Shown here in pieces: positions 17,872-24,824 of a stretch of 29,927 nucleotides of DNA (position 1 is the stretch's first letter; each line of letters opens with the position of its first letter). The DNA lies in the NCBI GenBank assembly GCA_027295435.1, contig JAPUKX010000072.1:1-29927 (forward strand), read 5' to 3'. Under the pieces are notes generated by a model that ran no database searches, was not told the DNA's origin, and saw only the letters and a list, made by a program, of their open reading frames with translations. Position numbers and translations under genes: made by a program. Source of the stretch: Planctomycetota bacterium. GTDB taxonomy: Bacteria > Planctomycetota > Phycisphaerae > Phycisphaerales > SM1A02.

Positions 17872-18067
17872 CGGCCAGCTGGCGGGCAACGATATCCGCG
17901 CGATCCCCATCAAAGCCGTCAAGTGAGCTTCTCCCGAATCCTACGAGTTGCCGCCTCCTCGCAGCAGCGCACCCGTACCCACGTTAGGCGTCGCGTATAA
18001 AGACGACACATATTCCCCGCACATGGAGCGTTCGCCGTTCTGCAGCTCGCACCTCTACGAGCCCAGC

Positions 18068-18898
18068 TCATTGAGTGATGTACTCGGGAATCGAGTCAAT
18101 GCGAAGTATTTCTCCTGTCTCTGCATCAATTACCGTTCTCCAATGATCGATCGTAGGTCCAACACCCGGCGGGAAACCACGCCCTGGTGCACCCTCAGGT
18201 GGGCCCGGCGGCCTCGGTAGGTGGACCGGCGGTAATCCGCGCAATAGCACGATCCAAACTCGCCTATCCACAATGCCGACAAGTTCGGATGAGAACAGCA
18301 CGTACGTGGCGACGATCTCCTTAGCGCTTGCGGGATCTCCATGAGCCAAAGCGAGTGCTTCGCTGAAAGTAAGTCGTGGAGGCTCAGGGGGCAGTCCGCT
18401 GATGTGCTGACCAGCTGCCCCCCGCATCTGTTCGGCCTCACTTTGAACTGAAGGTGCCGGCCTGATGGGAGGAAGCTCCTCGGGCCACTTCGTCGTGGTC
18501 TTCATTACGTGGCCCGTATCAGGTGAAAGGAGCACGGTGATCGTTCGAATGTGCGGATTGATACGTCCGGCAGACGGCTCCCGAATCGTGACTCCATCCA
18601 AGACAATCTGTCAAGTTTCCTGCCCCTGCAGTTCTTCCGACAGGCCTGGGACCGTCTGGTCTCCGAGGGTCATGAGGGATGCGCTCGCGCGCATCGCGGG
18701 CCCCAATTCACCCATTGTCTGCTGAGCACGCTTGATCGCCTCCCCCTCAGTAAGGGTGATCGCAGCGCTCCTTGTCTCCGCCGTCTCACAAAGATCACGC
18801 GAGCAACCCCACGTTTGTATAGCCACTGAGCAGATGATACCCGCACCTGTTATCAACCTCGCAGGCGCTCGGCAACAACTAAGGCCAATCGTGCGCAT
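18068..18898 (-). pseudogene. Exported protein with two PepSY-like repeats, interrupted by one in-frame TGA (18613-18611)
   Basis: ORFs 18611-18934 and 18068-18601 share a frame and are separated by a single TGA (...QGQET*QIVLDGV...). The repeats end in TVLLSPDTGHVM and TVIDAETGEIL. Hydrophobic N-terminus with a Cys (TWGC) from ATG 18898. Confidence 0.65.
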
Positions 18899-18949
18899 TC
18901 TTGACCCACAATCTTTCGGCGGTTCGGTCCGCATCGTGGACCTGCCTTC

Positions 18950-18977
18950 CTGATAGCTGACACCTGGTAGCTGAAAA
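18950..18977 (+). repeat. Heptamer array CTGATAG CTGACAC CTGGTAG CTGAAAA
   Basis: Four CTG-phased 7-mers, 21 nt beyond the ispH stop. Confidence 0.7.
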
Positions 18978-18998
18978 CCAACAGACCCCCGTCTCGCT

Positions 18999-20057
18999 TC
19001 AGTCGGTGGCGCCGATGGTCATGGCCACCGTGCGGTGCGCGATATCCTCCTCGTCCAGCCAGCGGTCCAGCGCGACAGCATCGTCGCGGACAATTCGTCG
19101 GCCGTCCGGATTCACGCCCTGATCCCGCATGAACTTCTTCAGCGTGACCGGCAAGCCGAACTCGATACTTTCGTGAAAGATATCGCGCTGCTCGACCTCA
19201 CCCCCGTATCGGTCGATCAAATGACGCACAAGGGCTCGGACAAGATCCTCCGGGGCGCTGGCCCCGGCCGTGATCAGCACCATCTCGACGCCGTCGAACC
19301 ATTCATCTTCGAGTTCTGAGGTGTCGTCGATCAAGTAAGCCGGCGTGCCAGCGGCTCGGGCGATCTCGGTCAGACGTACGGAATTGGAGCTGTTGCTGCT
19401 CCCCACGACCAGCACCAAGTCGCACTCTGGCGCGATTGCGGCGACCGCCTTCTGGCGATTCGTGGTGGCGTAGCAGATATCGTCACTCGGCGGATCCTTG
19501 ATATTCGGAAACGCGTCACGAAGGGCCTCGATGATCACGGACGCATCGTCCATACTCAGCGTCGTTTGCGTAAGATAGACCAGCTTGTCGGGGTCGTTGA
19601 TTCGGAGGTTGGGAATGTCCTGGGGCGAGGAGATGACCTGAATCGCATCCGGTGCTTCCCCCCTGGTGCCGATGATCTCCTGATGGTCGGAATGGCCGAT
19701 GAGCACAATCTGGTAGCCCTTGGCCGCGTAGCGGATCGCCTCCATGTGCACCTTCGTCACCAGCGGGCAGGTGGCGTCAATGACCGTGAGCTGGCGCTCG
19801 ACCGCCTCCTGTCGCAAAGCCGGGCTTACCCCGTGGGCACTGAACACCACGACTGAACCTTGCGGCGCCTGGTCAAGAGAATCGACGAACCGCACCCCGC
19901 GATCCCGGAACCGATCGACCACGTGCCGGTTGTGGACAATCTCGTGATGGACATAGATCGGCCTGCCCTGGTAGATCTCCACCAGCTGCTCAACCACGTC
20001 GATCGCCATATAGACACCGGCACAGAAGCCGCGCGGGTTGGCCAACAGCAGTTTCAT
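18999..20057 (-). CDS. ispH: 4-hydroxy-3-methylbut-2-enyl diphosphate reductase
   Basis: NPRGFCAGV, HEIVHN, FSAHG, DATCPLV, TQTTLS, ICYATTNRQ, SSNSSNS, TAGASAPE. All three Fe-S Cys are present. GGAG SD upstream. Confidence 0.97.
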   Translation of the reverse strand: MKLLLANPRGFCAGVYMAIDVVEQLVEIYQGRPIYVHHEIVHNRHVVDRFRDRGVRFVDSLDQAPQGSVVVFSAHGVSPALRQEAVERQLTVIDATCPLVTKVHMEAIRYAAKGYQIVLIGHSDHQEIIGTRGEAPDAIQVISSPQDIPNLRINDPDKLVYLTQTTLSMDDASVIIEALRDAFPNIKDPPSDDICYATTNRQKAVAAIAPECDLVLVVGSSNSSNSVRLTEIARAAGTPAYLIDDTSELEDEWFDGVEMVLITAGASAPEDLVRALVRHLIDRYGGEVEQRDIFHESIEFGLPVTLKKFMRDQGVNPDGRRIVRDDAVALDRWLDEEDIAHRTVAMTIGATD

Positions 20058-20179
20058 ACCATCTCCGGTGAGTTCAGCACCGGGATCATAGCAGGATCAA
20101 CTGGGCCACAGCGCCCTGGCCCCCCAGGACGGGCGTCGATACAGTGTGTGTTCACTCTGGCTGACTGCCGAGCCGATCG

Positions 20180-21142
20180 ATGACGTTGAATCCAGTCCAA
20201 CAGCTCGAGATCTACGGGCCGGACCGCTGCGACACGCTTACCGTCGAGCAGGCTCGGCTGTTCTGCCGCCGCCTCGCCGGCCATCGTTACGAAAACTTCT
20301 GCGTGCTCAGCAGCCTGATGCCCAAGGACCTGCGCGACGATTTCGCCGCGGCCTACGCGTTTTGCCGCTGGGCCGACGATTTGGGCGACGAGATGGGCGA
20401 CCGGAACCGTTCGCTTGAGTTGCTGGCGTGGTGGCGCCGCGAACTGAACCAGTGCTTCGCCGGCACCCCCCGCCACCCCGTGTTTATTGCCCTGGCACCC
20501 ACCATCAAACGCCATGAGCTTCCCATCGAGCCATTCGACAACTTGATTCGGGCCTTTGAGCAGGACCAGACTGTGCGACGATATGAGACGTGGACGCAGT
20601 TGCTGGATTATTGCCGTCTGAGCGCCGATCCTGTCGGCCGTCTTGTGCTCATGATCGCCGGTGAACGGCGAACCGAGGAGCAGTTCGAGCTCAGTGACGC
20701 CGTCTGCACCGCTTTGCAGTTGACCAATCATTGGCAGGACGTACGCCGGGACATCGTTGATCGCGACCGCATTTACATTCCACAGGAATTGATCAAAACC
20801 AGCGACTTCGAGCCCCGGCTGCTCGCCACGGCCCGCCACGGCTTCGCGCCCGACCATCATTCCCTTGATGAATCTCGCGAACTCATTCGCGACTGTGTTG
20901 AGCGAACGTGGCCGTTGTTCGAGAAAGGCGCCGAATTGATACCTAGGCTCAGGCCACACACCCGGCCGTTTGTGTGGCTCTTCCTCGCCGGCGGCCGGCG
21001 TGTTCTGCGTCTGATCGAATTATGGGGATATGAAACCGTCCTGCACCGCCCCAAGCTTTCCAAGGCGGCAAAGCTGAGCTTTGTGACCAGGGCGAAACTT
21101 GCCGCCGGTCTGGCCGGGCTTTTCGGAAGAGGACCCAGATGA
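20180..21142 (+). CDS. hpnC: Squalene-pathway synthase HpnC (hydroxysqualene synthase)
   Basis: HRYENFCV, AYAFCRWADDLGDE, AFEQDQ, YCRLSADPVGRLVL, LQLTNHWQDVRRD, RIYIP. Confidence 0.88.
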   Translation: MTLNPVQQLEIYGPDRCDTLTVEQARLFCRRLAGHRYENFCVLSSLMPKDLRDDFAAAYAFCRWADDLGDEMGDRNRSLELLAWWRRELNQCFAGTPRHPVFIALAPTIKRHELPIEPFDNLIRAFEQDQTVRRYETWTQLLDYCRLSADPVGRLVLMIAGERRTEEQFELSDAVCTALQLTNHWQDVRRDIVDRDRIYIPQELIKTSDFEPRLLATARHGFAPDHHSLDESRELIRDCVERTWPLFEKGAELIPRLRPHTRPFVWLFLAGGRRVLRLIELWGYETVLHRPKLSKAAKLSFVTRAKLAAGLAGLFGRGPR

Positions 21143-22056
21143 CCGCTATTGAAGGGCCGACAGTCTCAGAAGCCTCGCGCTACTGTCGCCGAATAACGCG
21201 CCGCCGAGCACGCAATTTCTATTACGGCTTGAAGCTGGCGCCGGAACCGCAGCGCTCGGCGCTCTTTTCAATCTACGCGTGGATGCGGCGGGCAGACGAC
21301 CTGGTGGATGGAACCACCGACGACACCAACCGTCCGCTGCGTAACATCGAAGCGTTTCGTTGCGCCACTGACGCGGCGCTGGCTGGTCAAATCGTTGATG
21401 ACGATCCGCTGTGGGTCGCTCTCGCCGATACCGCGACCGGCTTCAATGTCCACCGCGAAGCCCTGTATGCGATGCTCGACGGGCAAATCGACGACCTCAT
21501 CGGCCGGCAATACCAAACATTCGATCAGGTTCGCGAGTATTGCTATCGCGTGGCGTCCGCAGTTGGCCTGATCTGCATCGAAATCTGGGGATATCGCGAC
21601 CCAGTGGCCCGCGAACTCGCGGTCGATCGCGGAATCGCCTTCCAACTCACTAACATCCTGCGCGATTACAAGGAGGATTACGACTCGGGGCGCGTGTACC
21701 TGCCGGCTGAGGATTTTGCCCGCCACGATCTCACTCCATCGCAGGTGAGGCAATGGTCCGATCCGAGTCGCTGCCGGGAGTTTATTCTGGAACAGGCCGA
21801 GCGGGCCAAGTCGTTTTACGTTCGCTCGGCGTCGTTGGACCGATTGATCACACCATCATGCCGGCCGGCGCTGTGGGCCATGACGTCGATCTACCGCTCA
21901 TTGTTGCGAAAGATCCAGCGGGCGCCACAGCGAATCATCGTTGGTCGAAGGCTGCGTTTGAGTCCCCTGCGAAAGGGGGCCATCGCCCTGCGTGCCCGCT
22001 GCTTGGCCATTCATGATAATTCACCTCCGCCCAGATCGTGCATGACCAAGACATGA
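21139..22056 (+). CDS. hpnD: Presqualene diphosphate synthase HpnD (phytoene/squalene synthase family)
   Basis: RARNFYYG, YAWMRRADDLVD, YCYRVASAVG, GIAFQLTNILRDYKED, GRVYLP. ATGA overlap with hpnC. Confidence 0.88.
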   Translation: MTAIEGPTVSEASRYCRRITRRRARNFYYGLKLAPEPQRSALFSIYAWMRRADDLVDGTTDDTNRPLRNIEAFRCATDAALAGQIVDDDPLWVALADTATGFNVHREALYAMLDGQIDDLIGRQYQTFDQVREYCYRVASAVGLICIEIWGYRDPVARELAVDRGIAFQLTNILRDYKEDYDSGRVYLPAEDFARHDLTPSQVRQWSDPSRCREFILEQAERAKSFYVRSASLDRLITPSCRPALWAMTSIYRSLLRKIQRAPQRIIVGRRLRLSPLRKGAIALRARCLAIHDNSPPPRSCMTKT

Positions 22057-22156
22057 GGCGAGCTCGCCTACGCCTTGCGGCTCAACGTGTTTGGCGAATG
22101 CGTCATGCCTAATGCGTCGCTTCATCTGCCGGTGGCGCTTATCGGCGTTGGCGAAG

Positions 22157-22242
22157 TGCCCAGGAGAGGACTCGAACCTCCACGGGATATTAATCCCACC
22201 AGCACCTCAAGCTGGCGCGTCTGCCAATTCCGCCACCTGGGC
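22157..22242 (-). tRNA. tRNA-Leu(GAG), CCA not encoded
   Basis: GCCCAGG acceptor pairs with CCTGGGC-A. D arm GGCGGAATTGGCAGACGC, anticodon arm CCAGC-TTGAGGT-GCTGG, variable arm GGGATTAATATCCC, T arm GGAGG-TTCGAGT-CCTCT. 86 nt. Confidence 0.97.
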
Positions 22243-22258
22243 GGTGGTGAATGTGCCC

Positions 22259-22264
22259 AGTATA
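22259..22264 (-). promoter_or_regulatory. Possible -10 element (TATACT) for tRNA-Leu
   Basis: TATACT on the minus strand 16 nt upstream of the tRNA 5' end. A divergent TATGAT lies at 22337-22342 upstream of queE. Confidence 0.35.
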
Positions 22265-22349
22265 GTCCGGCGGGGAGGCATGTCGAGACGGCGCCCGGCC
22301 TGGCGCTTCGCAGCCCGCGCGAAGCCGCGAGCGAGCTATGATCTTTTCC

Positions 22350-23045
22350 ATGGCACGCGAGACGCTGCGCATCAACGAAGTCTTCTTCTCGATCCAGGGC
22401 GAATCAACCTGGGCGGGATGCCCTTGCGCGTTCGTCCGAATGACCGGCTGTCACCTGCGGTGCAACTATTGCGACACGGAGTATGCCTTCACGGCCGGCG
22501 CAACCAGATCCATTGATGACATCATCGATGAGGTCTGCTCGCATCCGACTGATCTGGTCGAGATCACAGGCGGCGAACCGTTGCTCCAGAAGCCGGTACA
22601 GACGCTTATCACGCGCCTGTGCGACCTCGGCAAAACGGTACTCATTGAGACCTCCGGAGCCTGCGACATCAGCGTGCTCGATCCGCGGGCCATCCGCATC
22701 ATGGACCTCAAAACCCCGGGCAGCGGCGAGGTCGATCACAACCTGTTGGCCAACCTTGACCACCTGACCAAGCGCGACGAGGTGAAGTTCGTCATCACTG
22801 ACCGGGCCGACTACGAGTGGGCAAAATCGGTCATCGCACGGCACCGTTTGCCGCAGCGCTGCGGGGCGGTGCTGATGTCGGCGGTGTGCGAGCAGACGCC
22901 GGGCGCACAGATCGCCGGCTGCGACGGGCTCGATCTTCAAACGCTGGCCGAATGGATTCTCAAAGACCCGCCCAAAGGCGGGCAGGTGCGGCTACAAACC
23001 CAACTCCACAAGCTGATCTGGGGCACCGGGGCCCGCGGGGTGTAG
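22350..23045 (+). CDS. queE: 7-carboxy-7-deazaguanine synthase (radical SAM)
   Basis: INEVFFSIQGES, FVRMTGCHLRCNYCDTEYAF (CxxxCxxC), ITGGEPLLQ, IETSG, DEVKFVI, LQTQLHKLIW. Start at 22350 or 22338. Confidence 0.95.
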   Translation: MARETLRINEVFFSIQGESTWAGCPCAFVRMTGCHLRCNYCDTEYAFTAGATRSIDDIIDEVCSHPTDLVEITGGEPLLQKPVQTLITRLCDLGKTVLIETSGACDISVLDPRAIRIMDLKTPGSGEVDHNLLANLDHLTKRDEVKFVITDRADYEWAKSVIARHRLPQRCGAVLMSAVCEQTPGAQIAGCDGLDLQTLAEWILKDPPKGGQVRLQTQLHKLIWGTGARGV

Positions 23046-23095
23046 GCTCCGCGAGTTGGCGAGTTGTGCCGAGCCCGGCTATACCGGTTGGGCAG

Positions 23096-24064
23096 ATGAC
23101 CAGATCGTCCCCCGCCGCCGTTGGCTTCATCAGCATTCTTCTCACTCTGATCGCCTGGTCCAGCGTTCCGCTGTTTCTCAGACACTTTGCGGAGTCGATC
23201 GACGCCTGGACTTCCAACGGATGGCGTTACGGGTTTGCGGCGCTGCTCTGGGCGCCGGTGCTGGTGGTCGCAGGTTACCGCCGCCGGCTTCCTGCCGGGC
23301 TGTGGCGGGCGGCGCTGGTTCCCAGCATCATCAACGGCGCGGGGCAGGTGTGTTTTACATGGGCGCATTACAAGATTGACCCGGGGTTGCTCACGTTCGG
23401 CTTGCGCAGTCAGTTGCTCTTCGCCGCTGTGGGCGCGTACGTGCTGTTCCCGATGGAGCGGCCCATCATCCGGTCGCGCCGCTTTCTGCTTGGGGTGGTG
23501 GTGGTCACGGGGGGCACCGCCGGGGCCGTGCTCCTTGGCCGCCAACCCGTCGTCGGGGCGCACGCCGCCGGCGTCATCCTGTCCGTGGTCAGTGGGTTTC
23601 TGTTTGGGGCCTACGGGTTGGCGGTGCGCAAATATATGCACCAAGTGAACCCGGTCATCGCCTTCGCCGCCATCAGCCAGTACACAGCCGCGGCGATGGT
23701 TGCGCTGATGCTGATCCGAGGCGAATCCTTCGGCCTGATGGCGCTGGCGCTCCCCACCAGCGAGTTCGTGTTGCTGTTGGTGTCGGCCGTCATCGGGATC
23801 GCGCTGGGCCACGTCCTGTACTACACCAGCATCGCACGCCTGGGTGTCGCGGTGTCATCCGGCGTACTGCAATTGCACCCGTTCGGGGTAGCGGTGGCGT
23901 CATTCCTTCTCTTCCGCGAGATCCTGACGCCGGCTCAGTGGATCAGCGGCAGCATCGCCCTCGCGGGCGCGGGGCTGATGGTCGCGGCTCAAGCACGGGT
24001 GAGCCGCCCTGTACATATCGATCTCGCGGATCGGGCGATCGCCCAAGGCGAGGGCGGGTCGTGA
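23096..24064 (+). CDS. DMT/EamA-family transporter
   Basis: About ten hydrophobic segments in two related halves, with a GxxLxxxG-like motif near the end of each half. The ATG at 23096 avoids the overlap with queE seen in the ORF track. Confidence 0.85.
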   Translation: MTRSSPAAVGFISILLTLIAWSSVPLFLRHFAESIDAWTSNGWRYGFAALLWAPVLVVAGYRRRLPAGLWRAALVPSIINGAGQVCFTWAHYKIDPGLLTFGLRSQLLFAAVGAYVLFPMERPIIRSRRFLLGVVVVTGGTAGAVLLGRQPVVGAHAAGVILSVVSGFLFGAYGLAVRKYMHQVNPVIAFAAISQYTAAAMVALMLIRGESFGLMALALPTSEFVLLLVSAVIGIALGHVLYYTSIARLGVAVSSGVLQLHPFGVAVASFLLFREILTPAQWISGSIALAGAGLMVAAQARVSRPVHIDLADRAIAQGEGGS

Positions 24065-24093
24065 GCCGCCTTGCCCGCGGCAGCTACACTAAA

Positions 24094-24149
24094 CCTCCAT
24101 CCCCAATCCCCAATCCCTAATCCCTAATCCCTAACCCCTAACTCCTGAC
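24094..24149 (+). repeat. Eight-unit heptamer array with stepwise drift
   Basis: CCTCCAT CCCCAAT CCCCAAT CCCTAAT CCCTAAT CCCTAAC CCCTAAC TCCTGAC. Confidence 0.9.
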
Positions 24150-24160
24150 ACCTTCCTCCC

Positions 24161-24523
24161 ATGCACGTTCGGCTGGTCAAATCGTTTGGCTTTGAAGCGG
24201 CGCATTGGCTGCCGACGTTTCCCCAGGGGCACAAATGCCGGCGGATGCACGGCCACTCCTTCCGGGTGGATGTCGTGGTGGAAGGTCAAGTCTCGCAAGA
24301 CAAGGGATACCTCATCGACTATGGCAAGATCGAGGAGGCGGTGAAGCCGCTGCGGCAGCAGCTCGACCATCAATGCCTCAATGAAGTCCGAGGCCTGGAG
24401 AATCCCACCAGCGAGATTCTGGCTCAATGGATTTGGGATCATCTCCAGCCCCAACTGCCGTTGCTTGCTGAGATCGCCGTCCACGAAACGTGCAGCGCCC
24501 GATGCGTCTACCGCGGCCCCTGA
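24161..24523 (+). CDS. queD: 6-carboxy-5,6,7,8-tetrahydropterin synthase
   Basis: FEAAHWL, CRRMHGHSFRV, IDYGKI, LDHQCLNE, LENPTSEILAQWI, VHET. Confidence 0.95.
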   Translation: MHVRLVKSFGFEAAHWLPTFPQGHKCRRMHGHSFRVDVVVEGQVSQDKGYLIDYGKIEEAVKPLRQQLDHQCLNEVRGLENPTSEILAQWIWDHLQPQLPLLAEIAVHETCSARCVYRGP

Positions 24524-24567
24524 GCTATCTACCAAAGGGAGACGTCGCTCTCACTGCGGGCGCACAC

Positions 24568-24595
24568 AAGAAAACCCAGGGAAAGCGTTCCCTGG
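24568..24595 (-). terminator. Probable intrinsic terminator, minus strand
   Basis: Perfect 8-bp stem CCAGGGAA-CGCT-TTCCCTGG followed by GTTTTCTT on the minus strand. No U-tract follows on the plus strand. Confidence 0.6.
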
Positions 24596-24794
24596 AAACG
24601 GCAGATGGTCCGCACAGCGGGCCCTACGACTCGGGGCGCGACGATCGCGTCAACAGAGTGCGTGAGAAAGGACCGCGACCACTCCCGACGGAATCGAGAC
24701 GGCATTATGGGGCAGCCGCGCTTGCGCACGAGCGCAATGAAACCCGGGCTGGGGACAGGGCGGCTGTGAAGGACAGCCCGGCTTGGTCAACGCG

Positions 24795-24822
24795 CTGAAC
24801 GCTGGGAGCTGATCACTGAGAG
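24795..24822 (+). repeat. Heptamer array CTGAACG CTGGGAG CTGATCA CTGAGAG
   Basis: Four CTG-phased 7-mers, 2 nt beyond the stop of the 24825-26984 gene. Confidence 0.65.
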
Positions 24823-24824
24823 GG

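Noticed and set aside
17872-18067. Small ORFs between the IOR-like gene and the PepSY-like gene (e.g. 17948-18220 +)
   Set aside because: No recognisable motif or ribosome-binding site, and the longest overlaps the neighbouring gene antisense.
18611-18613. TGA as selenocysteine or a reassigned Trp code
   Set aside because: The position aligns with Trp rather than Cys, no SECIS-like hairpin is evident, and TGA ends many genes here with tight coupling.
22105-22156. MPNASLHLPVALIGVG as the truncated Rossmann start of a lost hpnE
   Set aside because: Only about 16 codons, the GxGxxG motif is incomplete, and the continuation is antisense tRNA. This is compatible with chance.
388-22236. 23-bp direct repeat GGCGCGTCTGCCAATTCCGCCAC shared by the tRNA half (388-410) and tRNA-Leu(GAG), suggesting a 22-kb island between them
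   Set aside because: The match is only the conserved Leu D arm. Acceptor and anticodon arms differ (CAA vs GAG), and the interval holds housekeeping genes (murEF, mraY, ispH, queA).
24065-24100. preQ1-I riboswitch upstream of queD (AGCTACAC resembles the Bacillus queC aptamer loop)
   Set aside because: There is no P1 stem around it and no AAAAAACUA tail. TACACT is more simply a -10-like element.
24101-24142. Eukaryotic telomere contamination (CCCTAA-like units)
   Set aside because: The units are 7-mers grading into the local CTGAC family and sit seamlessly between two bacterial genes.
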